From positions 9,561 to 41,560 of the forward strand of contig CACYCV010000161.1 of NCBI GenBank assembly GCA_902772955.1: a stretch of DNA of 32,000 nucleotides, read 5' to 3'. Positions 1 to 8,489 of the stretch are shown here, in pieces. A program made the translations under genes and the position numbers. Position 1 is the stretch's first letter. The number at the start of each line of letters is the position of its first letter. The notes beneath the pieces were generated by a model, which did no database searches, was not told the DNA's origin, and saw only the letters and a list, made by a program, of their open reading frames with translations. Source of the stretch: an uncultured Ruminococcus sp. Its GTDB lineage: Bacteria; Bacillota; Clostridia; Oscillospirales; Acutalibacteraceae.

Positions 1-2
1 CG

Positions 3-554
3 GATGTTCAGGGACAGTATATTAAAATCTTCAAAGAAAACGGTCTGGATGCGGTGATTCTCGAGCATAACATTGATGCCCATTTTGTGACCTTCCTGGA
101 ATACATGGAATCCGGAACCAAATTTGTCCGTATTGATTCCGAAATCGGAGACGCGCTGAAATCAGAAGCTGCGGAAGACAGCAAGGAAACGGATGAAGCT
201 GTTGTACAGATGTTCAGGGATGCCCTTGGTATGGAAAAACTGCAGATTAAGACTGAAAACCTGAAAACAGCCAATATACCCGCCATCCTGACCATTAATG
301 AATATGAAAGACGAATGAATGATATCAGCAAGATTTATGGCAATATGTTTGGTGAAGCCGGAGCTGCTTCGGAAACGTTAATTGTCAATACCGCCAATAG
401 TGTGGTCAAAAAGCTGGCTGATTTTGAAGTGGATAAGCGCAATTTACTTTGCCGCCATATTTTTGATCTTGCCCTGATGAGCCAGCGTAAGCTGAATGCA
501 GACGAAACGGAGGGCTTTATGACCAGAAGCGTTGCGGTTATGGAGCTGCTCTGA
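3..554 (+). CDS. htpG: Chaperone HtpG (Hsp90 family), C-terminal part; the 5' end lies outside the window
   Basis: The frame is open from base 3 (DVQGQYIKIFKENGLDAVILEHNIDAHFVTFLE...) to the stop at 552-554. The sequence pattern matches the middle/C-terminal region of bacterial HtpG. A hairpin terminator follows. Confidence 0.8.
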   Translation, partial: DVQGQYIKIFKENGLDAVILEHNIDAHFVTFLEYMESGTKFVRIDSEIGDALKSEAAEDSKETDEAVVQMFRDALGMEKLQIKTENLKTANIPAILTINEYERRMNDISKIYGNMFGEAGAASETLIVNTANSVVKKLADFEVDKRNLLCRHIFDLALMSQRKLNADETEGFMTRSVAVMELL

Positions 555-570
555 AACTAAGTTTTTAAGA

Positions 571-699
571 AATCCCTCCGTGCTGCGCAATGTCATTAAG
601 ATAAGAACATAGAAAAATACCCCGTACCTTTGTTTTAGTACGAGGTATTCTTTATTTGTGCTTTACCTTAATGACATTGGTCCGCGCTGCGGGGGGATT
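571..699. repeat. Long imperfect inverted repeat (arms 571-600 and 667-699) enclosing the htpG terminator hairpin
   Basis: The left arm is aatccctccgtgctgcgcaatgtcattaag. The right arm, reverse-complemented, is aatccccccgcagcgcggaccaatgtcattaag. The inner 13 nt (caatgtcattaag) pair perfectly. Confidence 0.6.
617..657 (+). terminator. Putative intrinsic terminator of htpG
   Basis: The stem is ATACCCCGTAC (617-627) with GTACGAGGTAT (638-648), with one mismatch. It is followed by the T-rich run tctttatttg. Confidence 0.6.
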
Positions 700-725
700 A
701 TTTTGTAATATTTTATGAAAATGTA

Positions 726-754
726 TTGATTTATGGTGGTATTATTGATAAAAT
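726..754 (+). promoter_or_regulatory. Putative sigma-A promoter for the protease-FHA gene
   Basis: TTGATT (726-731), a 17-nt spacer, then TAAAAT (749-754) preceded by TG at 746-747 (extended -10). Confidence 0.45.
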
Positions 755-883
755 ATAGATGAGCGTAATTCTGTCAAACAGCCATTGATTTCGTTAATAA
801 ATTTAAGAAAAGAATGTGTGATTTACGGATTTGTGCGTTGGTTTTTCTTGTCCGGAACGCTCATTCAGATAGGAGCTGAAATC

Positions 884-2383
884 ATGAAATCTGTGTTTTC
901 AAAAGTTTGTGCTGCGCTGATGGCGGTTTTCTTATTTCTTTTTGTTCCTTTTTCTCTTCCGGCGATTGAAGTTGAGGCATTTGACAACTCGGTCAAAAGC
1001 GGAACGGTGGCGGTCGTGATCTATGCCACAAAAGCCCGTCTCTTTATTGTCAAGGACGGTGCCCGTAATTATGTCGATGTTGGAGAAGGTCCCATTTCAT
1101 CCGGTACCGGCTTTTTTATCGGGCCCCCAAATACCAAAGATCCTCAGTATATTGTCACAAACTATCATGTTGTGCAGGAATACCTGACCTCCAACTACAC
1201 ACCGGTTGAAGCGGGAACCGATTCTTCCGGGAATAAAATGTATGCCGAAATTCAGGAGACGGAAGTACGGATTTACTATTCTCAGAATGATTATGATTGG
1301 GCCGGAGTAGTAGCGTATGGGGATGTGAATAAGGACGATCTGGCTGTTCTGTGCCTGAAGCATCCTACCACCAAACGGCATACCTTAAAGCTGATGGAAA
1401 CAAAACCGGATATGGTCGGTGATACGGTTTATACGGTTGGTTTTCCCGGTAATGCTGACAACGAATATACCAGTGCCAGCCAGTATGGAATCGAAGATAC
1501 AACCGTCCATAAGGGTTCCATCACCAAATTTGTTTCCAGCGGTTCCAGCGGTATCGCGCGAATTGCGATTGATGCCACTGTACAGCACGGTAATTCCGGT
1601 GGTCCTCTGGTAACGGAAGAAGGCTATGTCATCGGTGTCAATACAAATGTCTGGTCCCAGAGTCCTTTTGAGTCACAGATTGAAGCAGACTACTATGCAA
1701 TCAATTCCTCCGAGTTGTTTAAGTTCCTGGACAAAAATAAGATCCCCTATGAAAAAGTGGAAGCACCCACGAAGCCTGTTGTGGCGGAAACCTCCAAGAC
1801 AGAGGAATCCTCTAAGGAACAGAGTACCGACCCTTCCAAACAGACTTCTGTGATTCAGGATAATTCCTCTGTTCAGCAGAATGCTTCGGATGATTCCGGT
1901 AATGTGATGATTATTATTCTGATAGCAGCCGGTTCCGTGGTGTTGACAGCCTTGATTGCTATCGTTGCAATTGTATCCATCCGCAGCAGCAAAAAGAAGG
2001 CTGCAGCCAACAAAATTCTGGATATTGAAAGCCTGTATGCAAGTGATCCCTCTCTCAAAAAAGGATATCTGCGTTCTCTGTGCGAGCAGCACAACGGACA
2101 GAGCTATCCTGTGGGACTGACTCCCCTGATGATCGGTCGGGATCCTGTCAGCTGCTCGGTTGTGTTTGAAAAGGGAACCCCAGGTGTCAGCAGCAAGCAT
2201 TGTACCCTTACCTTTGATCCTGTTACCCAGGAATTTACGCTGACGGATCTTCGTTCCTCTTATGGTACATATTTACTGGAAACCGGAAGAAAACTGGATG
2301 CACATACTCCCGTCAAGCTGCGGGCAGGAGACTGCTTCTGTGTCGGCGGAGAGACAAATGTCTTCCGTGTAGAAACTGAATAA
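884..2383 (+). CDS. Secreted/membrane-tethered trypsin-like serine protease with a C-terminal TM helix and cytoplasmic FHA domain
   Basis: The start was moved to ATG 884, which has GGAG 8 nt upstream; the track start at 785 has no signal-peptide logic. The N-terminal signal is MKSVFSKVCAALMAVFLFLFVPFSLPA. The putative triad contexts are TNYHVV, DLAVL and GNSGGPL. A Ser/Thr/Gln-rich linker follows, then a TM helix (VMIIILIAAGSVVLTALIAIVAIVSI) followed by RSSKKK. The FHA-like core is GRD...VSSKHC...DLRSSYGTYL. Confidence 0.8.
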   Translation: MKSVFSKVCAALMAVFLFLFVPFSLPAIEVEAFDNSVKSGTVAVVIYATKARLFIVKDGARNYVDVGEGPISSGTGFFIGPPNTKDPQYIVTNYHVVQEYLTSNYTPVEAGTDSSGNKMYAEIQETEVRIYYSQNDYDWAGVVAYGDVNKDDLAVLCLKHPTTKRHTLKLMETKPDMVGDTVYTVGFPGNADNEYTSASQYGIEDTTVHKGSITKFVSSGSSGIARIAIDATVQHGNSGGPLVTEEGYVIGVNTNVWSQSPFESQIEADYYAINSSELFKFLDKNKIPYEKVEAPTKPVVAETSKTEESSKEQSTDPSKQTSVIQDNSSVQQNASDDSGNVMIIILIAAGSVVLTALIAIVAIVSIRSSKKKAAANKILDIESLYASDPSLKKGYLRSLCEQHNGQSYPVGLTPLMIGRDPVSCSVVFEKGTPGVSSKHCTLTFDPVTQEFTLTDLRSSYGTYLLETGRKLDAHTPVKLRAGDCFCVGGETNVFRVETE

Positions 2384-2401
2384 TCGATTGAAACAAAAAA
2401 G

Positions 2402-2456
2402 CAGAGGCTTTTGCACAAGCGTTCATTTCACGCAGTGCGAAAGCCTCTGTTTTCTT
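2402..2456. terminator. Bidirectional intrinsic terminator between the protease-FHA gene (+) and queF (-)
   Basis: A 15-bp stem pairs CAGAGGCTTTTGCAC (2402-2416) with GTGCGAAAGCCTCTG (2435-2449), including one G-U pair. It is flanked by AAAAAA upstream and TTTTCTT downstream. Confidence 0.7.
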
Positions 2457-2574
2457 GGGCGTTTTGTGAATGGAACAGGTTACTGGTGCGTGACCGTACA
2501 GGACGTATCGCGGCAGCGATCCGGGTTGGGTACCTGCATTGAATCGGTCATTTCCCAATTATTTTACACAAATG

Positions 2575-3066
2575 TTACTGATAGGCATCTGCGGATGACC
2601 ACTGCCCTGCCAGCCGTTCCCAGGCCAGTTTTTCCCATTTTGTTCCGGGTGCTCCGTAGTTGCAATAGGGATAAATGGAAATGCCACCCCTCGGAAGAAA
2701 TTTTCCGAATACTTCAATATATTTTGGCTGCATCAGCCTGATCAGATCCTTCATGATAATATTGACACAGTCCTCGTGGAAATCTCCGTGATTCCGAAAG
2801 CTGAATAAATACAGCTTGAGGGATTTACTCTCTACCATGCGATCCGCCGGAATATAGGAAATGTAAATGGTTGCAAAATCCGGCTGCCCGGTGATGGGAC
2901 AAAGACTGGTGAATTCCGGACAATTAAAACGTACAAAGTAGTCGTTTTCCGGATGCTTATTCGGAAAGGTTTCCAAAACTTCCGGTTGATAATCCGTAGG
3001 GTATTGGGTATGGTTATTGCCAAGAAGTGTGATCTCCCCCCGCTCATTTTCTTTTCTTCCGTCCAT
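2575..3066 (-). CDS. queF: NADPH-dependent 7-cyano-7-deazaguanine (preQ0) reductase QueF, unimodular type
   Basis: 163 aa. The catalytic Cys context is [15 protein letters not shown] and the QueF motif is [13 protein letters not shown]. The start overlaps the queC stop by 1 nt (TAATG). Confidence 0.9.
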   Translation of the reverse strand: MDGRKENERGEITLLGNNHTQYPTDYQPEVLETFPNKHPENDYFVRFNCPEFTSLCPITGQPDFATIYISYIPADRMVESKSLKLYLFSFRNHGDFHEDCVNIIMKDLIRLMQPKYIEVFGKFLPRGGISIYPYCNYGAPGTKWEKLAWERLAGQWSSADAYQ

Positions 3067-3755
3067 TATTCTGCTCCTTCCATCAGTGGGTCTTTAAGTC
3101 CGTTTGCCTGAAATGCGGCGATTCTGTCCAGACAGGTTCCGCATCGTCCGCAGGGCTTCACAGAGCCTTCATAGCAGCTCCAGGTGAGATGATAGGGTGC
3201 CTGCAGTTCGGTTCCCAGGGCAATGACTTCTGCCTTGTTTTTTTGAATCAATGGCGCCACAACCTTTAATTGTTCTCCGCTGCCAAGATAAATCGCCTGG
3301 TTCATAGCTTGATGAAATGCGGTACTGCAGTCGGGATAGGCGTTGCCTGCGGCGTCATCCTGATGGGCGCCGTACCAAATTTCACTGCAGCCAAGAGATA
3401 ATGCAATTGCTGCAGCCGCAGAAAGAAATAATCCATTCCGGAAGGGAACGTAGGTGGATACCGGCTTGCCTCCTGTTTTTTTTAGTTGATGAGCATAGCT
3501 TTCCTTGGGTATTTCCTGTGCGGTTCCAATGAGCAAAGAGCAATCTGACCCTTCAAAAAGAGCGGCAAGGTCCAATTGACGATGGGAAACGCCGTAATAG
3601 GCAGCGATTTCCTTGGCTGATTGAAGCTCACGGGAGTGCTTCTGCCCGTAACTGACGGAAAGTGCAGTGACTTCCTCGGTGCCATAAGCGTTGATGGCCA
3701 TTGCCAGACAGGTAGTGCTGTCTGCACCGCCGCTGAATAAAACCAGTGCTTTCAT
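3066..3755 (-). CDS. queC: 7-cyano-7-deazaguanine synthase QueC
   Basis: The PP-loop SGGADS follows directly after the start [17 protein letters not shown]-terminal Cys cluster is present ([20 protein letters not shown]). The start was trimmed to ATG 3755; the track's N-terminal extension runs into folE. Confidence 0.9.
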   Translation of the reverse strand: MKALVLFSGGADSTTCLAMAINAYGTEEVTALSVSYGQKHSRELQSAKEIAAYYGVSHRQLDLAALFEGSDCSLLIGTAQEIPKESYAHQLKKTGGKPVSTYVPFRNGLFLSAAAAIALSLGCSEIWYGAHQDDAAGNAYPDCSTAFHQAMNQAIYLGSGEQLKVVAPLIQKNKAEVIALGTELQAPYHLTWSCYEGSVKPCGRCGTCLDRIAAFQANGLKDPLMEGAE

Positions 3756-3771
3756 TGTTTTTGACTCCCTG

Positions 3772-4341
3772 TTAATCAAATTGAACGGCGGTGCGGAGAG
3801 AAGCATCCTCCCGGAACCGTCCTGTAAAGGTTGAAGTAATTGTTTTAGAGGAAGCATTGCGGATGCCACGTGCCGTCATACAGCTATGACTTCCGCAAAT
3901 CATCACTGCCACATCCGGGGTTCCGGCAGCTTCGGAAATGATTTCCGCAATGTCTCTGCCGATCCGCTCCTGGAGCTGCAGCCGTTTTGCTGCCATATCA
4001 CAGATTCTGGCAATTTTGCTGAGTCCTAATATTTTTCCGTGAGGCAGGTAAGCAACATTGACCTTCATGTCATACATCAGTGCAAAATGATGCTCACAGT
4101 AACTGAAAATGGTAATGTCCTTCATTACCACCATATTATCTTCACTATCCCCTTCGGGAGCTTCAAAGGTTTTGCCGAACATGGCAGCGATATCATGATT
4201 GGAGTAGGCGGTGCCTTCTAATACTTCCTCCAGCATCCGGGCAACACGCTCCGGTGTTTCACGGAGGCCCTCCCTTTCCGGATCTTCTCCGATGGCCTGC
4301 AGTAAACCTTTGATATGATATTCTATTGCCTGTTTATCCAT
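3772..4341 (-). CDS. folE: GTP cyclohydrolase I (FolE)
   Basis: 189 aa. It has the GLRETPERVA and SYCEHHF (zinc-binding CEHH) motifs typical of type I GTP cyclohydrolase. Confidence 0.9.
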   Translation of the reverse strand: MDKQAIEYHIKGLLQAIGEDPEREGLRETPERVARMLEEVLEGTAYSNHDIAAMFGKTFEAPEGDSEDNMVVMKDITIFSYCEHHFALMYDMKVNVAYLPHGKILGLSKIARICDMAAKRLQLQERIGRDIAEIISEAAGTPDVAVMICGSHSCMTARGIRNASSKTITSTFTGRFREDASLRTAVQFD

Positions 4342-4343
4342 GC

Positions 4344-5003
4344 TTATACTCCCCTCTTGTCCGGATCCCAGATTATTTTATGCAGCTGCAGCTGTAGACG
4401 AACCATAGCAAGCTTCTTTTCTTTCATAAAATCCACTATTTCAGCGGGTGAAATCCTGCCGAATACAGGACTGAAATACACATGACAGTGTTCACACAAA
4501 TGATATTGTGTTAAAACAGCTTCAGCGCATACGAGGTCATTCTGATCTCCGATGACAAATTTGACGGTGTCCTGATGCTCCAGCAGGGAGAAATTATTTG
4601 TGTTCATTGCCGTCTGCATCCCACTGCCAGGCAGTTTATAGTCCATTGTAAAGACCGGACGCAGGGCTGCCTGAGCCAGTTCATTGAGAGGAAGGCTTCC
4701 ATTGGTTTCAATTTCTGTGCGCAGACCATTCTGTATCAGCAAAGCGGTCAGCTTTGGAAGATCCTTTTGCAAAAGAGGCTCTCCACCAGTCAGGGTTACA
4801 TTTTTTACACCGGCTTCTAATGCCTTTCTGCAAAGCTCGTCGGCTGTTATTTCAAGAAAAGGAGTGTCCTTTTCGTTTGCCCAACGGGTATCACAATAGG
4901 AACACTGTAAATTACAACCGTGAAAGCGGATAAAATATGACAGTTCCCCGGCTCTGGTTCCTTCTCCGTTGATACTCACAAAGGTTTCTACTACCTGGAG
5001 CAT
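4344..5003 (-). CDS. queE: 7-carboxy-7-deazaguanine synthase QueE (radical SAM)
   Basis: 219 aa. The radical-SAM cluster motif is CNLQCSYCDT. An AGGAGG RBS lies upstream. The gene overlaps the queD stop by 13 nt. Confidence 0.88.
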   Translation of the reverse strand: MLQVVETFVSINGEGTRAGELSYFIRFHGCNLQCSYCDTRWANEKDTPFLEITADELCRKALEAGVKNVTLTGGEPLLQKDLPKLTALLIQNGLRTEIETNGSLPLNELAQAALRPVFTMDYKLPGSGMQTAMNTNNFSLLEHQDTVKFVIGDQNDLVCAEAVLTQYHLCEHCHVYFSPVFGRISPAEIVDFMKEKKLAMVRLQLQLHKIIWDPDKRGV

Positions 5004-5428
5004 GGTTGATCCTCCTTATAGACGGCACCGTTTTCAGGTGTTTCATAGACCGTCACCTGACAAACAGGAAGCCCCTGTTCTTTCAACTGATGATAAAAAC
5101 GTTTTGCGAGGTTTTCTGCTGTCGGTCGGCAGGGAATCTCGATCACCAGGAAGCCTTCCTGAAGCATAGCCTCCATGGTTTTCGGCTGAAGGGTTTCCTT
5201 CTCAACAATCAGTGCGTGGTCGTATAGATCAGCAAGGGCTCTGACGGCTTTTTTAAAATCACTGAAATCCAGAATCATGCCTCTCTTCTCCCCTTCTGCC
5301 TGAAGGGCTTCTGATTGGATAACTACTTCCAGTACCCAATGATGACCATGAAGGCGGCTGCATTTACCGGAATAGCCTGACAAAAAATGAGCACTGTCAA
5401 AGGATGCGGATGTGATCAATTGAAACAT
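4991..5428 (-). CDS. queD: 6-carboxy-5,6,7,8-tetrahydropterin synthase QueD
   Basis: The start was trimmed to ATG 5428, which has GGGAGG upstream; the longer track ORF would read through the riboswitch and terminator. PTPS-type motifs SFDSAHFL and CSRLHGHHW are present. Confidence 0.88.
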   Translation of the reverse strand: MFQLITSASFDSAHFLSGYSGKCSRLHGHHWVLEVVIQSEALQAEGEKRGMILDFSDFKKAVRALADLYDHALIVEKETLQPKTMEAMLQEGFLVIEIPCRPTAENLAKRFYHQLKEQGLPVCQVTVYETPENGAVYKEDQPCSR

Positions 5429-5471
5429 AGTATTCCTCCCGGAATGAAGACAGCAGAGCATGGACGCCAAC

Positions 5472-5497
5472 AAAAAAGCGTCTGCAAACGCAGACGC
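5472..5497 (-). terminator. Riboswitch expression-platform terminator (attenuator) upstream of queD
   Basis: The minus strand reads GCGTCTGC-GTTT-GCAGACGC followed by TTTTTTG. It lies between the aptamer and the queD RBS. Confidence 0.8.
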
Positions 5498-5532
5498 ACC
5501 GATCAGGCAGAAGTAATTCTCTTCTGATTCAG

Positions 5533-5574
5533 CCCTGGTTTTGTTTAACGACAGGATGGTGCCAACGAACTGTC
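5533..5574 (-). promoter_or_regulatory. preQ1-I riboswitch aptamer
   Basis: The minus strand reads GACAGUUCGUUGGCACCAUCCUGUCGUUAAACAAAACCAGGG. P1 is GACAG/CUGUC and the loop begins UUCG. The A-rich tail UUAAACAAAACCAGG resembles characterised class I aptamers. A tail CCA can pair with a loop UGG to form the P2 pseudoknot. The element sits directly upstream of a preQ1 biosynthesis operon. Confidence 0.7.
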
Positions 5575-5605
5575 TATTCATTAGAATCGCTAACTGACAT
5601 ATTTT

Positions 5606-5634
5606 ATTATATTGCTTTTACACTTCCTTGTCAA
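5606..5634 (-). promoter_or_regulatory. Sigma-A promoter of the que operon
   Basis: The minus strand has TTGACA (5634-5629), a 17-nt spacer and TATAAT (5611-5606), about 30 nt upstream of the aptamer. Confidence 0.7.
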
Positions 5635-5639
5635 GTGAT

Positions 5640-6011
5640 AATACGATTGGGGCACGGAAATCAACTTTCTTCTCCGGAATATTGGGTCTCTGTCCCAAAC
5701 CCTGCCGGGGGAAACCCTTTTTTGAAAAAAGGGTTATCCCCCGAACCCCTTTCCAAAAAAACTTGTGTTTTTTCCATACGGAGCGCTCTGGAACGGTTTT
5801 TTTGACCGAAAGAACGCTTTGCAAGCCTTGCACTAGTTTTACTTTCCTTAAAGTTTTTTCTCCGAAGGGGTGCAGGGGGCGATCGGAAAGCCACCTGCGT
5901 ACACCGGATGTGTTCGCTTCACTAAACAATAAGACAGGATGTGTGAATCATTCGTCAAGTCGCCCGCGGGGGCACCCCCACCCAAAGTAACTTGGGTGAG
6001 ATCTGGAACAA
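5640..6011. repeat. Non-coding, hairpin-rich, locally GC-rich intergenic island of unknown function
   Basis: A long imperfect palindrome lies at about 5708-5742 (GGGGGAAACCCTTTTTTGAAAAAAGGGTTATCCCCC). Further hairpins follow (CACCCAAGTTACTTGGGTG on the minus strand near 5980-5998). Short ORFs overlap on both strands with low-complexity products. There are several poly-A and poly-T runs. Confidence 0.5.
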
Positions 6012-7760
6012 TTATTTTTCCACACGGAACACCCAGGCAGTGTAAGGAGGAAGGTCGGAATAAAGAGTGCCATCTGAAACGTTAAAAGAAGGATTGTCAG
6101 AATTGGAAGCAAACACCAGAGATACGCTTCTGCCGGCCGGGATGGGGACAGCATGGGACTGGGAATGATTATCAAAGTTAAAGACCGTCAGCAAGATTTC
6201 GTCTTTTGACCGGCGGGTTATGGCATAGACGTGTTTGTTCTCCTGATGACAGTCTGCCCATTCAAATCCGTCTGTTTGATAATCCTTCTCAAATAAAGCG
6301 GGATGAGACAGATAAAAATGCTGCAGCGCCTTCATGTAATTGTGAAAATCCTTGTGGCGGCTCTCGCCTAATAAATAAAAATCCAGTTCTCTCTTTTCGT
6401 CCCATTCACGGAACTGGGCCAATTCGTTGCCCATAAAATTCAGCTTTTTTCCGGGATGAACCATCATATAGGTGTAAAGCATTCTGGCCTGACGTATTTT
6501 TTCCTCTTCCGAGCCGAAGATTTTATTGACAATGGTTCCTTTTCCATGGACGACTTCATCATGTGAAAAGGGAAGCAGGTAGTTTTCATCCGAGTAATAC
6601 AGCATCGAAAATGTCAGCTTGTGATAAAGCTCGGTTCTTCTCTCAGGAGGTGCCGCCATGAAATCCAGGGTATCATGCATCCAGCCGAGATCCCATTTGT
6701 AATCAAAGCCAAGTCCGCCTTTGTCAGGGGAGCCTGTGATACCTTTGTAGCTGGTGCTGTCTTCTGCGATTAGCATACAACCGGGATTCATTTCTTTCAG
6801 TCGGCGGTTCATGTTTCTGACAAAATTGACGGCATTGGCATTAACTCCTCTGTGTTCGTCACCCTGCCAGAAAATAATATTACTGATGGCATCCATCCTT
6901 AAGCCGTCAAAATGATACTCCTTCAGCCAGAAATTGGCGCAGGACTGCAGGAAGCTGCGGACTTCTCCGCGGGAATGCATAAAGTTACAGCTTCCCCATT
7001 CACTTTTCCCTACATCCTGATGTGGATATTCATACAGGGCAGAACCATCGTAGCGATATAACGCATAAGCATCCACGGCAAAATGAACCGGAACATAATC
7101 CAGAATCACGCCGATATCATTCTGATGAAGCCTATCAATCAGCCTTTTGAGTTGGGTTGGATTACCATAGCGGGAGGTAGGAGAAAAATATCCAGTAATC
7201 TGATAGCCCCAGCTTTCATCACAGGGATGCTCACACAAGGGCAAGAATTCAACATAGTTATATCCGCCTTCCTTCAAATAGGGAATCAGAACATCTCCCA
7301 GGGAGTCGTAATCGTACCAATCATCCGGTTTTTCTGAGGGCTTGCGGAAAGAACCTGCATGCATCTCATAGATGTTCAGCGGCTTTTCCTTCATGTCGGA
7401 ACGTTTTTTCATCCACGCTTCATCATGAAATTGATATTGATTCATATCCCATAATACAGAACGATGGTCAGGTCGCCGTTCCATCCAATAACCATAAGGG
7501 TCACAATGATTGACGCAGCCGTTGTTGGAGCAAATACGGTATTCGTATTTGCTGCCAAAGGAAAAATCAGAAACCGTCACCTCATAGAATTGTCCGTTAT
7601 AGACCTTTTGCATGGGAATGATGCGATCGTTCAGCACCAGATCAACTCCCTGTGCCTGGGGTGCAAAGGTACGGAAGGTTACAGTGTTTCCGTTAACGTG
7701 GGCGCCAAGGTATTCATAAGCATCAAAGACTTCTCCCGTATAAAAGCCATAATAATCCAT
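6012..7760 (-). CDS. glgB: 1,4-alpha-glucan branching enzyme GlgB (GH13)
   Basis: 582 aa. GH13 catalytic regions are present: HFDGLRMDA, IAEDST and FSHDEVVHGK. The N-terminal CBM48-like region is TFRTFAPQAQGVDLV. A GGAGG RBS lies upstream. Confidence 0.9.
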   Translation of the reverse strand: MDYYGFYTGEVFDAYEYLGAHVNGNTVTFRTFAPQAQGVDLVLNDRIIPMQKVYNGQFYEVTVSDFSFGSKYEYRICSNNGCVNHCDPYGYWMERRPDHRSVLWDMNQYQFHDEAWMKKRSDMKEKPLNIYEMHAGSFRKPSEKPDDWYDYDSLGDVLIPYLKEGGYNYVEFLPLCEHPCDESWGYQITGYFSPTSRYGNPTQLKRLIDRLHQNDIGVILDYVPVHFAVDAYALYRYDGSALYEYPHQDVGKSEWGSCNFMHSRGEVRSFLQSCANFWLKEYHFDGLRMDAISNIIFWQGDEHRGVNANAVNFVRNMNRRLKEMNPGCMLIAEDSTSYKGITGSPDKGGLGFDYKWDLGWMHDTLDFMAAPPERRTELYHKLTFSMLYYSDENYLLPFSHDEVVHGKGTIVNKIFGSEEEKIRQARMLYTYMMVHPGKKLNFMGNELAQFREWDEKRELDFYLLGESRHKDFHNYMKALQHFYLSHPALFEKDYQTDGFEWADCHQENKHVYAITRRSKDEILLTVFNFDNHSQSHAVPIPAGRSVSLVFASNSDNPSFNVSDGTLYSDLPPYTAWVFRVEK

Positions 7761-7779
7761 AACAAATTCCTCCTGCTAT

Positions 7780-7808
7780 TTGACATTTGTCTGTTTTCTG
7801 ACTATAAT
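7780..7808 (+). promoter_or_regulatory. Sigma-A promoter for the TetR-family gene
   Basis: TTGACA (7780-7785), a 17-nt spacer, then TATAAT (7803-7808). Confidence 0.65.
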
Positions 7809-7901
7809 AAATATAACATATCTGCTTCAGAATGCAATTGGCTAATTTGTCCTGCAATCAATTATTTGATATTTATCTAATATTATCAAGGAGGTAGCAA
7901 A

Positions 7902-8432
7902 ATGGATCTGAGAGAAACCAAAACCAAGCGCAGCATTACCAATGCTTTTCTGGAAATCCGTGCCAAAAAGCCTTTGGAGCGCATCACCGTCAAGGAAGTC
8001 AGTGAACGGGCTGAAATCAGCAAGGCAACCTTTTATCTGCACTATCGGGATATGTATGATCTGTCGAATTATCTGCAGGAAAATATCATTGCTGAAATTC
8101 TTCACCATGTTGAAAACCCTGATGATATGATTTATAATCCATGCAAATCCAGCCGGGAAATGATAGAAGGCTTCTATGCCAACCGCGGCATGGTTAGTAT
8201 TCTTTTTTCAGGGTCCCAGTTTTCCAGACTGCCGGAAAAAATTGAGGCGGAGATCAAAAAAACACTGTTTTCCCATCATCCCGAGCTAAAGGATGATGTC
8301 TATGCCAATATCCGGATTACCTATCAGCTGATGGGAGCCTTCTATGCCTTTTATCGGTATGAGGACAGCTTTGGCTATGATGCGGTTTTTGGTTCGGTTG
8401 AAAGAATTACAAAACTATTTGAATTGAAATAA
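7902..8432 (+). CDS. TetR/AcrR-family transcriptional regulator
   Basis: 176 aa. The N-terminal HTH pattern is ITVKEVSERAEISKATFYLHYRDMYDL. An AGGAGG RBS lies at 7889-7894. Confidence 0.85.
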   Translation: MDLRETKTKRSITNAFLEIRAKKPLERITVKEVSERAEISKATFYLHYRDMYDLSNYLQENIIAEILHHVENPDDMIYNPCKSSREMIEGFYANRGMVSILFSGSQFSRLPEKIEAEIKKTLFSHHPELKDDVYANIRITYQLMGAFYAFYRYEDSFGYDAVFGSVERITKLFELK

Positions 8433-8489
8433 GAGGATTTTCTTTTTGAGAAAATGGCAGAATATATAAAATTTCTGAGGAGGTATTTT

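Noticed and set aside
785-883. N-terminal extensions proposed by the track for the protease gene; the same issue applies to queC (3756-3869), queD (5429-5581), trpD (24918-24965), trpA (28521-28568) and the lipoprotein (8454-8489)
   Set aside because: The extended starts lack an RBS. They run into upstream genes or regulatory RNA, or they precede the natural N-terminus (signal peptide, PP-loop or conserved start). Internal ATGs with Shine-Dalgarno sequences fit better.
1673-2200. 175-aa minus-strand ORF, plus other internal ORFs within 1097-2200
   Set aside because: They lie antisense or out of frame inside the protease-FHA gene and show no family features.
5618-5990. Three overlapping ORFs (5618-5929 -, 5628-5990 +, 5661-5894 -)
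   Set aside because: They are mutually overlapping on both strands, their products are low-complexity and basic, and no RBS is present. The region contains the que promoter and palindromic non-coding sequence.
7809-7901. Possible TetR operator in the leader (repeated TGCAAT and the CAATTG palindrome)
   Set aside because: Only short, weak symmetry is present, and I could not define a convincing dyad by eye.
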